In this document: positions 1 to 10,057 of the stretch, in pieces
Layout: every line of letters begins with the position of its first letter
Numbering within the stretch: the stretch's first letter is position 1
Assembly (NCBI GenBank): GCA_039024555.1
Contig: JBCCQQ010000007.1
Coordinates: 84,491-148,490 of the forward strand
Length of the DNA: 64,000 bases
Reading direction: 5' to 3'
From: Cyanobacteria bacterium P01_D01_bin.156
GTDB lineage: Bacteria; Cyanobacteriota; Cyanobacteriia; Phormidesmidales; Phormidesmidaceae
Translations under genes and position numbers: made by a program
The notes under the pieces: model-generated
The model's database searches: none
What the model was told of the DNA's origin: nothing
What the model saw: the letters and a program-made list of their open reading frames with translations, nothing else

Positions 1-901
1 ACGGTTTATCAAAGCCCGATTTTAAGGGTTCAATAATGGCTTCTGTGTGGGAGTAAGAATCCTTACCAATGACAATGACATCACCACAGGACAAGGCTTG
101 ATAGACTTCCTGGTAGCCACTGGCTGATATCTGACTGAGAACAGAGGACTGAGTGGCATAAGCATGGCGATTGTGGCCGCCGTTGACCACCCGATGCCAA
201 AAGTATCGTTCCTGGGGTTCAAACCAGTATCCATGGGTGCGGCTCGCCCCAATAAATCTGTTGGTAGCGTCTACGATTGCTTGCAGACGTGGTTCGAGTT
301 CTTGAATTGCTTCAAGTCGAGTTAATAGCTGGAAAAATGGTTGGGAGGGACGCTTTTCTAGCTGTAGATCGATATTTTGCCGATGACGATACAGAATTGC
401 TGACAGAGTAGTGAACAAGATAGCAAACGTTTTTTTGTTCACCCCGGATTTTAAGGAGGCTCCGCGACGGTTAGTCCCCAGCAGAACAATGCCTAGGCAT
501 TCTTGTTGACGCAGGATCGGAAAAACTAGAGCATCGTGTAATCCTAGACGTTTGGCAATGGATTTCCATTCACCGGCACGGTAGGATTCTTGCAAATCGT
601 AAACAGCGGCAGGTGCGCCCCGCTCAATTACCTGCTGAATTGCATCGTCAGGCTGAACCTGAATTTTTTGCCATAGAAAATTCTTGTCACTGGCTGATTT
701 GGCCAACAGGGTAGACAAGCTTTGGTCTTCTGCCTCGTATAAACCGATCCAGGTCAGCTCATGGGGGAACAGCTGATGCATATAGCTGACCATTTCCTGC
801 AGTTGGTCATCGATGTTGTCCTGCTCCCAAACGTTCTTGAGAACCTGGCCGAGGGTCGCCAGATGTTGTTCACACGTTGATGGGGGGACAGGACTGACCA
901 T
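1..901 (-). CDS. GAF-domain sensor protein, likely a histidine kinase N-terminus; 3'-truncated by the window edge and not in the ORF track
   Basis: Minus-strand ATG at 901, open to the window start. It translates MVSPVPPSTCEQHLATLGQVLK...LTWIGLY...VYDLQESYRAGEWKSIAKRLGLHDALVFPILRQQECLGIVLLG, a GAF-like pattern followed by the start of a second GAF-like domain. Confidence 0.7.
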   Translation of the reverse strand, partial: MVSPVPPSTCEQHLATLGQVLKNVWEQDNIDDQLQEMVSYMHQLFPHELTWIGLYEAEDQSLSTLLAKSASDKNFLWQKIQVQPDDAIQQVIERGAPAAVYDLQESYRAGEWKSIAKRLGLHDALVFPILRQQECLGIVLLGTNRRGASLKSGVNKKTFAILFTTLSAILYRHRQNIDLQLEKRPSQPFFQLLTRLEAIQELEPRLQAIVDATNRFIGASRTHGYWFEPQERYFWHRVVNGGHNRHAYATQSSVLSQISASGYQEVYQALSCGDVIVIGKDSYSHTEAIIEPLKSGFDKP

Positions 902-1308
902 AAAAATTCAGGAATCTTAAATCAGGCCAATGCCTGGATAAGCAATCAAAACATAGATTAGGCTAGCCTAGCTCATGGGATGATGCCAGTCGTACTACCT
1001 TTTTGAGATATAACATGGCAAATGTGGGAGTATGCCCAAAATAGGCTTAAAGCAACCTTTGTAAAATCAGGAAGCGTTCGCTTTAGCTTTGCAAGTTTGC
1101 CAAACATGTCTCTGTGGCTAAAAAGATAAGCTTTCAAGCAACTCTAATGTTTATTAATGAGCAGCTACAGGATTATCGTTGATAAGCTATGGGTCCCATA
1201 ATTTATAGCAGTAATTGTCCTAACTAGTTGATATCACCTAACCAAATCGGTGAAGGGGCAGCTGCTTACCATTGAGCGATATAATCCACAGGGCCATTGG
1301 GGATAGCT

Positions 1309-2460
1309 GTGCTGCAAGACATCTACAAATTTAGCTGGTTACCATTGCTATTTCAGCGCTTGAATGCTGATCCTGAAAAAGTGCATGGACAAACCATCGA
1401 GGCATTGGCCTGGATAGGGCAGTCTCCCCTGGCAGCCCCCTGGTGGAGTCAGCCTGCTCGACGTTTTGCTCAAGCTTGGTGTCAGAATAGCTTTCAGATA
1501 GCCTCTCCTCGTCTGAGTCAAACCCTTTGGCAAAAGACTTTTGCTAACCCTCTAGGTTTGGCAGCGGGTTTTGATAAAGATGGTGTGGCTGCAGCCAGCT
1601 GGTCGCTGATGGGGTTTGGATTTGCTGAACTAGGTACAGTGACCTGTCAGGCCCAGCCCGGGAATCCTCAACCGCGTCTGTTTCGACTGCCCCAAGACCA
1701 AGCAGCACTCAATCGCATGGGGTTTAATAATCGCGGGTCTGCTGCTCTGGCTGAACGGCTAAAGCCGCTACCGTTGTCGGCGGATTTTCCTAGGGGAATC
1801 AATTTAGGAAAGTCTAAGGTGACGCCTCTGGACCAGGCTGCGGGAGATTATCTGAAAAGTTTTCAGAGGTTACAGGGTCTGGGCGATTATTTTGTGGTTA
1901 ATGTGTCTTCCCCGAATACGCCGGGATTGCGATCGCTCCAGACCCGCTCCCAACTAGAACCTATCCTAGCGACTCTACAGACCGCTAATACCCAGCGAAA
2001 ACCACTGCTGATAAAAATTGCACCCGATCTGGCTTGGGAAGACATCGACGACATTCTAGAGCTCGCTCAACAGCATCACCTAGCAGGCATCATTGCGACC
2101 AACACCACCATTGCTAAGGAGCAATTAGCCACCAAGCGATTGGATAAGACTGGCAATCTGGTGGCTGATGAAGCTGGAGGCATTAGCGGTGCTCCTGTGC
2201 GACAGCGTTCCACAGAGGTTATTCGCCATATCCACAAAAAGACTCAAGGGCAGCTACCTATCGTAGGTGTAGGCGGCATTTTCACCGCCGATGATGCCTG
2301 GGGAAAAATTACTGCTGGAGCTTCCCTGCTACAGGTTTACACCGGCTGGGTGTATGAAGGCCCATGGATGGTGAAGACTATCTTGAAAGGCTTGTTACAA
2401 AAGCTAGATGAACACGGCCTAGATAACATTCAGGATGCCATCGGCTTGGATAACCTCTAG
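1309..2460 (+). CDS. pyrD: Quinone-dependent dihydroorotate dehydrogenase
   Basis: Motifs NPLGLAAGFDK, NRMGFNN, VNVSSPNTPGLR and IATNTT. GTG at 1309 is preferred to the track start at 1297. Confidence 0.96.
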   Translation: MLQDIYKFSWLPLLFQRLNADPEKVHGQTIEALAWIGQSPLAAPWWSQPARRFAQAWCQNSFQIASPRLSQTLWQKTFANPLGLAAGFDKDGVAAASWSLMGFGFAELGTVTCQAQPGNPQPRLFRLPQDQAALNRMGFNNRGSAALAERLKPLPLSADFPRGINLGKSKVTPLDQAAGDYLKSFQRLQGLGDYFVVNVSSPNTPGLRSLQTRSQLEPILATLQTANTQRKPLLIKIAPDLAWEDIDDILELAQQHHLAGIIATNTTIAKEQLATKRLDKTGNLVADEAGGISGAPVRQRSTEVIRHIHKKTQGQLPIVGVGGIFTADDAWGKITAGASLLQVYTGWVYEGPWMVKTILKGLLQKLDEHGLDNIQDAIGLDNL

Positions 2461-2609
2461 CACTGGGTTTAGGTATGAAACCCAACAATTAAAAGTATCT
2501 CGATGCTATCAAGATAAAAAATAACCATCCCAACAGCTGAAAGTTTCAGGATGTTGGGTTAAGGATAATTTTGCCAAATGCCGTAAGCCCTGTATAAGTT
2601 CAACGCAAC

Positions 2610-3434
2610 CTACAGAAGTTTGTCCAATCCATATAGCAAGGATTTTAGGGGCAAAATTTTACGGATACACAGCAGTACACCAGGCATAAAACACACGCGG
2701 TCCATGGCATCGTGGCGCAGGGTATAGACCTGACCTGGGGCACCAAACATAATTTCCTGATGAGCCACCAACCCCGGTAGACGCACACTGTGGATATTAA
2801 TCTCTGCTTCGGTGGTACCGCCCCGTGCCCCCTTTAAACTTTCTGTTTCCTCCACCTGGGATGGATTAAAGGATTGTTTCACTTCCTGCAGCATCTGAGC
2901 TGTCTTGACCGCCGTGCCGCTGGGGGCATCTGCCTTACGATTATGATGCAGCTCAATAATTTCCACATGATCAAAATACTCAGCCGCTTTCAGTGCCGCC
3001 TGCTGCATCAAGATTACTCCAATGGCAAAGTTAGGAATTATTAGGCAGCCCACGCTAGCCTTTTCTGCAAATTCCGCCAGTTCAATAATTTGTTCCGGTG
3101 TTAACCCGGTCGTACCTACTACTGGACGTACCCCATAGGCAATGGCTGCCCGCACCTGCTCATAGATTTTGGCAGGGTGGGTGACATCCACCATGACCGC
3201 ATTACCTTCGCTTTGGGCCATTACTAGGGTTGCTTCTAAATCCATCGTCACCGGCACCTCTAGAGGTCCACAGCCAGCGATTTCGCCAATATCTTGGCCA
3301 ACGGCCTCCGGTTTACGATCCACGGCACCGACCAATTTCATATCTTCGGCAGTTGCGATCGCCTTAACAATTTCACGACCCATTCTGCCCATAGCACCAT
3401 TAACCACGACAGGAATTTGGGGCTGACTGCTCAT
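2610..3434 (-). CDS. dapB: 4-hydroxy-tetrahydrodipicolinate reductase
   Basis: Motifs GAMGRMG, VVGTTG and [18 protein letters not shown]. Confidence 0.97.
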   Translation of the reverse strand: MSSQPQIPVVVNGAMGRMGREIVKAIATAEDMKLVGAVDRKPEAVGQDIGEIAGCGPLEVPVTMDLEATLVMAQSEGNAVMVDVTHPAKIYEQVRAAIAYGVRPVVGTTGLTPEQIIELAEFAEKASVGCLIIPNFAIGVILMQQAALKAAEYFDHVEIIELHHNRKADAPSGTAVKTAQMLQEVKQSFNPSQVEETESLKGARGGTTEAEINIHSVRLPGLVAHQEIMFGAPGQVYTLRHDAMDRVCFMPGVLLCIRKILPLKSLLYGLDKLL

Positions 3435-3582
3435 AACTCTTCTGGTACGGGAGTACAGTCAGATATCTTACAACCGGACTACGTAACTTTGAGTTTTAAG
3501 TTCTGGATTTTCAGCTATCTAAGCAGATTGATTAGACCTTAGCGATCTCAAAGCCATAGTTTCAAAATCAAAACTTCAGCTG

Positions 3583-3665
3583 CTAGTGATTTAGGAAACA
3601 AAACAATTTGTAGCCACTTTCAAGGTGCAGAAGTTAATAGCTAAGAGCATCCCAAGGATCAGCAA
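3583..3665 (+). repeat. Degenerate copy of an 83-nt dispersed intergenic repeat
   Basis: Aligns without gaps to 15287-15369 and shares the right end CATCCCnAGGATCAGCAA. Confidence 0.55.
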
Positions 3666-3843
3666 CACTTAACTCAATATTCAAAATTCCCTTATCGGCT
3701 TCTTATCGTTAATAATTAAACCTGCACTGCTGATTTCAGCCAAAACCAACATCAGAAATCCTGGCACGTATCCATCGATTTCAGCTTGGTTTAACCCATA
3801 AATCAGTGTGGGCAATATGTTCATCTTGCCAGGGTCGAAGCGG

Positions 3844-4761
3844 ATGCTAGCAAATCTATTAGCGATTGTGGTTGGCTTAGGGAGCCTAGGATTTTATCTA
3901 GTGGCATTTATCCTGCCCGAAGTCCATCGTCGGTCCGACTTTTTCTGGAGCGGTGTCGGCATGTTCTATGCCGTGGTGCTCTGGTCCTGTGCCAGACAGA
4001 TGCAAGGGGCCGTATTACTGGGCCAAACCGCATCAGTCGGTTTGGTCCTATGGCTAGGCTATCAAACGCTTCTATTACGACGGGAGACCACACCAACTGC
4101 TCAGCAAACTCCGATCCGGTTAGGTAAAGGTGAGCGTAGTCGCACAGCTAGCCGTCCCATTGCTAAAGACTATGAATTTGTAGAAGACGGTGTTGAGGAT
4201 GCCATTGAGGAAGAAGAAGATCCAGATGCTCCTGTACTGATTAAATCGACAGCAGACGAATTTGCGCCCAAAATTGTTGTTCCTGCAGCAATTCTCCAAA
4301 CTACTGCTAAGACAGGTTCTACACAAGAAAACATTCCAGATTCTCCACCTGTTCTAGAAACATCCACTCCACCAAAATCAGCTAAAAAGCACGAAAGGCC
4401 TAATCCTGTTGCTGCCGTTGGCATTCTAGTTAATTGGATTAAAGAAGTAGCCACTCCAAATAAAAAAGAGCCTCAACCCATGATTGAGCTACCACCCAGG
4501 CCACCGTCTATCCCTAAAAAAGAACAAATTACAGAAACAATCACTCCGAAAGACAATGAGCCTTCCTCATTGGAGGATAAACCGTTATCAACAACAGAAG
4601 CAGGAAATACACCATCTGCATTATTGACTGATAAGGAATCATACAAGGGGTCTGAAGCCGACAATAGCCATACCGGCCCTGATGCTGTATCTCCCACAGT
4701 GACCAAACCAACAGAGCAAGAAGAAGATAGCAACTGGCCGGATGATGAATTTTGGGAGTAA
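3844..4761 (+). CDS. Ycf66-family membrane protein with a long Pro/acidic disordered tail
   Basis: Hydrophobic N-terminus with PEVHRRSDFFWSGVGMFYA and LLGQ motifs typical of cyanobacterial Ycf66_N; low-complexity C-terminus. Confidence 0.8.
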   Translation: MLANLLAIVVGLGSLGFYLVAFILPEVHRRSDFFWSGVGMFYAVVLWSCARQMQGAVLLGQTASVGLVLWLGYQTLLLRRETTPTAQQTPIRLGKGERSRTASRPIAKDYEFVEDGVEDAIEEEEDPDAPVLIKSTADEFAPKIVVPAAILQTTAKTGSTQENIPDSPPVLETSTPPKSAKKHERPNPVAAVGILVNWIKEVATPNKKEPQPMIELPPRPPSIPKKEQITETITPKDNEPSSLEDKPLSTTEAGNTPSALLTDKESYKGSEADNSHTGPDAVSPTVTKPTEQEEDSNWPDDEFWE

Positions 4762-4767
4762 CTTTTT

Positions 4768-4889
4768 ATGGTGTCTTATACCAGTGGTTGTCAATGTGGC
4801 AAAACTCGCTACGAGATTCAGGCAGAGGCGCTAACACTTGATACTTGCACTGTATCGAAAGCCAAAAACAATCCTCTAGAGCTCTCTAA
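4768..4889 (+). pseudogene. Frameshifted fragment of a GFA/CENP-V-family zinc protein
   Basis: MVSYTSGCQCGKTRYEIQAEALTLDTC, then after a 1-nt frameshift at ~4848 HCIESQKQSSRAL*. This matches the GxCxCG...RY...CHCxxCQK N-terminal signature. Confidence 0.7.
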
Positions 4890-5410
4890 AGAGTTTGAAG
4901 AGATTTATAAGAGATATCAACGAAGCAGATAAGGAATCGACAATTTAATAACGCCCATAATATCGATACATTATTAAATTGTCGATTCTAAGCCTCTTGT
5001 GAGCGCGAAGTATATTTTCCAAGCTAATGAAGTGCCCGATTAACTAAATGCCCATGCAATCAACATTTCAAACCTTATCATTTTTGAGAATCCCTCAATC
5101 TTGAAAACTGTGGGTTTGAATCCATTCTCTTTTAGGGATAAATAAAATAGAATCATTGTTATCTAATAGCCAATGAGCCTTATCTTGTAGCAAATCTGCA
5201 TTCACACGAAGAATGACGTTACAGAATCTATTTCATAGAAACATCTTGTTTTTATAAAGTTTTACAGGTGTTCAAAAAGATATGGGTGATAGCCCTAAGG
5301 GTTAAAATACCGCGTCAAATGACCTTGTTCTCAGTATTTTCTCTAATTATAGTCAGATTTATTTATGGGCACAATTAGCCAATAAGACTGAGGAAGAAAA
5401 ATCAAGAATT

Positions 5411-6583
5411 ATGGGAGCTGCGGTCGCCATATCAAACACCCTTGTTTCCGAGCTAGATAAGAAAATGCAGCTAGCGAAAGAGGAACAACTAACGGGCGTA
5501 CTGTCGTTTAAACGTGAAGATACTCCCCAGTGGCGTCTATATTTCTTAGCAGGTCAGCTTGCATGGGCAAGTACACGCACTCATGCAAGGCGTCGTTGGT
5601 ATCGCCAGCTGCTCAAGTATCGGCCGGATTTAATTAGATATGGACTCAGTGCCTACCCTGACTGGACCTATAACCGATTGGCTCGATTAGTTGTTTGCAA
5701 GAAATTTAATCGAGAAATTTTTTCGGATATTGTGTCTGGCTACATTGCAGAAGTACTGTTTGATCTACAACGACAGGGCAGTTTAACTCTACAACAGACT
5801 GGAAAGAGGCTCAATTATCGTATTAAGGCCCATAAAGCCTGTGATTTTCCCTACATTAACCTTCAAAATATACGCATCTGGTCCGAAGCAAAAGATAGTT
5901 GGCAAGCATGGGAACAAGCTAACCTCACCCAGATAAACCCTAACGATGCTCTGATAATACAAGATATTGCATCTCTCGAAGACTCGGCATCACCACGACT
6001 CTTTGATGTGTTGAGTACGATAGCTGATGGCAACCAAACACTGCAAGATATTGCATTGCGAATAAATCAGCCACTGATTACTTTTGTTTCGTCAATTTTA
6101 CCTCTTGTGTGCAATAAAGCCTTAACGCTCAAGCCTGTGGGAGATGAGATCGCTAGGCCCCTTAACGCCACCAAAGATGACATCGCTATTAAGCTATCGC
6201 AGGCGATTATCCCTAGAGATGGCAGGATGATCTATGTGGATAACAGTCTGGCCAACAGTCAGAGAATGGGAACCATTGTGCAATCTGCAGGCTATCGTTA
6301 TACCAATGTTGCTGACCCGCTAGCAGTTTTGAAACAGATACAAAAACTAAAGCCTAAGCTGATTTTTTTGCAAGCAAATATGCCCGTGGTAACTGGATAT
6401 GAGCTATGTACTCAAATTCGTCGGATGCCGGATTTTAAGGAGACTCCAATTGTCATGGTGGGTAATAGCAATGGAGTCACTGAACGGATGCGGGCTAAGT
6501 TAGCAGGAGCCTCAGATTTTTTGAATAAACCGTTCAAACCGAAAACGGTTCTCCAAACGCTAATTTCTCTCGGAATGATTTGA
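5411..6583 (+). CDS. PatA-type protein (PATAN/DUF4388 domain plus C-terminal receiver domain with a degenerate phospho-site)
   Basis: N-terminal LTGVLSF...WRLYFLAGQLAWA...RRRWYRQL; C-terminal REC-like MPVVTGYELCTQIRR...GASDFLNKPF. Confidence 0.85.
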   Translation: MGAAVAISNTLVSELDKKMQLAKEEQLTGVLSFKREDTPQWRLYFLAGQLAWASTRTHARRRWYRQLLKYRPDLIRYGLSAYPDWTYNRLARLVVCKKFNREIFSDIVSGYIAEVLFDLQRQGSLTLQQTGKRLNYRIKAHKACDFPYINLQNIRIWSEAKDSWQAWEQANLTQINPNDALIIQDIASLEDSASPRLFDVLSTIADGNQTLQDIALRINQPLITFVSSILPLVCNKALTLKPVGDEIARPLNATKDDIAIKLSQAIIPRDGRMIYVDNSLANSQRMGTIVQSAGYRYTNVADPLAVLKQIQKLKPKLIFLQANMPVVTGYELCTQIRRMPDFKETPIVMVGNSNGVTERMRAKLAGASDFLNKPFKPKTVLQTLISLGMI

Positions 6584-6837
6584 TGCTTATTATCCAAACA
6601 CTTGCGCATCATTTAGCTACAACTTGAGCCAAATAGAGCTCCTTGTATAAGAACGAGCCATCATTTTTCTTCCAAATTATAAAAACATTTATTTTACTAA
6701 ACGGTTTAGTAAAATAAATGCTATGCTGGACAAACTGCTTGATTAACGCAATTAATCTCTCTTTAAATCTGTTGGAGTCTCAGGGGGTAGTGCCTATGCA
6801 ATGGTGTCCCTTGCTCCTTACAAACTATGGAGTCATT

Positions 6838-8436
6838 ATGCTAAATCGTTTTCAAATAAGTCGTGGAATCAGGTTCTTTGGTCTTGCGCTAGCAGTAGGG
6901 CTAATGCAGTTTCTGTTATTGGCTACACCTGGCTATGGTAGTGGGCGGGTCTACGCAAGCTTCGGACCACTTGAGAGGTCCGTCTCAGTGGCTGACTTAT
7001 TTAACTATGCTCGCACGGGAGAGCTCCCTAAAGAGTTACAAATTCTGCGTCGATTCCTATCTTCTGATCAATTAGAGCGTCTGCGAGCAGGGCTTTCTGT
7101 TAGTGCTGACATAGATGTAGTGACTGTTTCTCAATTTCTTTATACAACTCAAGGGGAAGAGATTTTACAGTGGTTGGGCAATCTTATTCAAACGGAAGGA
7201 CGACAGAACGGAGCACTGGCCTTTCGAGGCGCTACGATTTTAGCAGCGGCGGATCCTGATGGTGGCCTAAATGTACTGAATATTCTCAAGCATTTTCCAA
7301 CCCAGGGAGTACGGGTCGATTTAGGAAACTTTTTAAGCGTGGCTAGGGTAGTTATCAATGAAGTTAATGACACACAGGCAGTAACAGCCCAGATTTTTGA
7401 ACAGGTTGAAGCGACTGACAATGACGCGAACTTAGTAGTACCTGATTTAGCTGCTCAAGGGCCCAATAGCTTTGATTTAGTCACCCTCCAACAAACGACA
7501 TTGCCTACCGATCTTTATCTACCTGTAGGAGAGAAGCTTCCCCTTGTAGTACTTTCCCACGGGCTTGGTGGAAACCGTTCAACTCTAGCATATCTGGCCG
7601 AGCATCTAGCTTCCTATGGTTTTGCTGTTGCTGTTGTTGAGCATCCCGGTAGCAGTGAAGAACAAATTAGCGAGTTACTGAGCGGTCAGGTGGGTGAAGC
7701 GGTTGAACCGGAGGAGATGGTCCGGCGACCTGTAGATGTTCAGCTATTGTTGGATGAATTAGAGGCCCTGGATCAAAATGAATCGGTTTTACGTAACCGT
7801 TTGGATTTTCAACACGTGGGTATAGTAGGGCACTCTATGGGAGCATACACAACGCTGGCTCTAGCTGGAGCAACTGTTAATCTAGATAGCCTAGAGGAGA
7901 GTTGCCCACCTCAGATTAATCAGCTAAATCTGTCATTGTTACTACAGTGTTTGGTACTGTCGCTACCCCAACCTTTACCTGTATTACAGGATGAACGAGT
8001 ACAGGCTGCGATCGCAATCAATGCCCTCGGTAGTGATGTATTCAGCCCTACTGGTATGGGCAATATCAAGGTTCCTACCATGATTGTCTCAGGCAGTGCC
8101 GATACGGTTACTCCAGCCCTAGCTGAACAAATACGCCCATTTACCTGGCTTAGTAATTCAGAAGGCTACCTGTTATTAATGCGAGGGGGAACTCACTTCT
8201 CTGCAATCTATGATGCGCAACCAGATGGAGAATCCATGGCATTACCAGATGAAGCTATTGGCCCCAACCCTCAGCTCGCACAGGACTATATTAAAGCGAT
8301 GGGCGTAGCATTTCTCAAAACCTATTTAACAGAGGATGAAGCCTATCGTCAGTATTTGGACCCAGTCTACACAACAGGACTGAGCCAGGCTGAATTACCC
8401 ATGGTGTTAACAAACAATGTCACCATTGAAAATTAG
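6838..8436 (+). CDS. DUF1400 plus alpha/beta hydrolase (dienelactone/PAF-AH-like), with signal peptide
   Basis: Motifs VVLSHGLGG, GHSMGA nucleophile elbow and GGTHFS. GGAG precedes the ATG at 6838. Confidence 0.85.
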   Translation: MLNRFQISRGIRFFGLALAVGLMQFLLLATPGYGSGRVYASFGPLERSVSVADLFNYARTGELPKELQILRRFLSSDQLERLRAGLSVSADIDVVTVSQFLYTTQGEEILQWLGNLIQTEGRQNGALAFRGATILAAADPDGGLNVLNILKHFPTQGVRVDLGNFLSVARVVINEVNDTQAVTAQIFEQVEATDNDANLVVPDLAAQGPNSFDLVTLQQTTLPTDLYLPVGEKLPLVVLSHGLGGNRSTLAYLAEHLASYGFAVAVVEHPGSSEEQISELLSGQVGEAVEPEEMVRRPVDVQLLLDELEALDQNESVLRNRLDFQHVGIVGHSMGAYTTLALAGATVNLDSLEESCPPQINQLNLSLLLQCLVLSLPQPLPVLQDERVQAAIAINALGSDVFSPTGMGNIKVPTMIVSGSADTVTPALAEQIRPFTWLSNSEGYLLLMRGGTHFSAIYDAQPDGESMALPDEAIGPNPQLAQDYIKAMGVAFLKTYLTEDEAYRQYLDPVYTTGLSQAELPMVLTNNVTIEN

Positions 8437-8570
8437 ATGTAGCACCATACTTATTATAGAAACATCCAAACAGAGAATTTCAATGCGCTGCTAGATGTTT
8501 ACCCCAAAAACTTTAGTCTGTCCGTGGATTTCCTTATATCTCTTCTGACACAAGAATCCTATCTAACTCA

Positions 8571-8599
8571 AAAGCCTCCGCTGTAATAACGGAGGCTTT
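8571..8599. terminator. Hairpin between the convergent hydrolase and infC genes
   Basis: AAAGCCTCCG / CGGAGGCTTT 10-bp stem. Confidence 0.6.
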
Positions 8600-8652
8600 C
8601 TGAGAAACAACTTTGTAATATCTTATACAAAGTTTCCCAATGTTACGAAATT

Positions 8653-9165
8653 CTATGCAGGTGAAAGAAATAGAGTAAGCGAACGTCTATCAAAGGATTG
8701 CACCTTGCCCGCACTTTCTAGATCAGTAATCACTCTATTCAATAGGTCAGTGGCGCGATCTCGATGTTGATGCTCCCGACCCCGCAAACGTACAAGAAAC
8801 TTAACAGAATCACCTTTGTTAAGCCACTCAGTTGCACGCTTTACCCGCAGTAAGTAATCCGATTCGCCGATATTGGGGCGAAACTTTACTTCTTTGACGG
8901 ATGGACGGGACGTTTGCTTCTGACGCTTACTTTGCTGGTACTGTAGCTTACCGTGGTCCATCGACTTAGCGACCGGAGCCACACCCTCGCGTGGTTGTGA
9001 AACCACCACCAGGTCTAGGTTTTGCTCTTTGGCCATTTTGATGGCATCGGCTGTATCGATGACGCCATGATTGTGACCGGTATGATCAATAAATAAAACT
9101 TGAGGATCCTTGATATGGCGATTGACTAGAGGCTTTTTCTTCTTAGTGATAGGACTAGACTCCAA
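8653..9165 (-). CDS. infC: Translation initiation factor IF-3 (possibly a paralog); true start may be ATC at 9150
   Basis: Motifs LVNRHI, LDLVVVS...PVAKSMDHGKLQY, VKEVKFRPNIGESDY and KGDSVKFLVRLRGRE. Confidence 0.9.
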   Translation of the reverse strand: MESSPITKKKKPLVNRHIKDPQVLFIDHTGHNHGVIDTADAIKMAKEQNLDLVVVSQPREGVAPVAKSMDHGKLQYQQSKRQKQTSRPSVKEVKFRPNIGESDYLLRVKRATEWLNKGDSVKFLVRLRGREHQHRDRATDLLNRVITDLESAGKVQSFDRRSLTLFLSPA

Positions 9166-9324
9166 TACTTACAACTTATATTTTCTAAGATAGACTAACT
9201 TCTAAAAACTGGAAGGTCCATCTTTAGACGGATATCCGTCTTGAATCTTTACTTAGGTATCACAATTGTGTGTTGAATCCAGCCCATACCTGCTATAACA
9301 GCCATTGTTGATTCAATATTTTCC

Positions 9325-9972
9325 ATGGCTGTTCCCAATTTTTCTAGTGAATCCGTCCTTGAAGTACTTAACTGGCGCTATGCCACCAAGATGTTTGATG
9401 CTAGTAAAAAAATTCCTGCTGATATCTGGTCTGCCCTAGAGCAAAGTTTGGTCCTAGCCCCCTCTTCATTTGGTTTAGAACCTTGGAAATTTTTTGTTGT
9501 TGATGATCCGACGGTTCGTCAAGCACTTCTAGAGCCTACCTGGAAACAGTCACAGGTGGTAGATGCGTCCCATTTGGTGGTCTTGGCTATAAAAAAAGAC
9601 TTAGATGAAACTGATGTGGACCGTTCCATGGCACGTACATCAGAGGTGCGTGATGTGCCACTAGAGTCCCTGCAAGGCTTTAGCAATGTGATTAAGGGCT
9701 TTATGAAAAATGTGCCAGATACAGATAGCTGGGCTACTAAGCAAACTTATATTGCTTTAGGGCAGCTGATGGTCAGTGCAGCATTGATGGGCATTGATAC
9801 CTGCGCCATTGAAGGGTTTATGCCTGATAAATATGACGAAATTTTAGGGTTGCCTGCCATGGGCTATCACGCTGTAGTGGTTTGTGCGTTGGGGTATCGG
9901 GCAGAAGGTGATAAGTATGCAACCTTACCTAAGGTACGTTTTCCCATTGAGGATAAGGTGCAACATATCTAG
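9325..9972 (+). CDS. NAD(P)H-dependent nitroreductase (NfsB-like)
   Basis: Motifs LNWRYATKMFD, LAPSSFGLEPWKF, GIDTCAIEGF and PKVRFP. Confidence 0.92.
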   Translation: MAVPNFSSESVLEVLNWRYATKMFDASKKIPADIWSALEQSLVLAPSSFGLEPWKFFVVDDPTVRQALLEPTWKQSQVVDASHLVVLAIKKDLDETDVDRSMARTSEVRDVPLESLQGFSNVIKGFMKNVPDTDSWATKQTYIALGQLMVSAALMGIDTCAIEGFMPDKYDEILGLPAMGYHAVVVCALGYRAEGDKYATLPKVRFPIEDKVQHI

Positions 9973-10057
9973 GGAGTTAGATACCCTATTCCAAATCTTC
10001 CAGCTCTCAGTGCCGATGATATTACATCTCAAGCAGTCAGTATTGAGGGCTGGTGAC

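Noticed and set aside
22..252. 76-aa track ORF at the window start
   Set aside because: It is an alternative frame inside the longer GAF-protein ORF that begins at 901.
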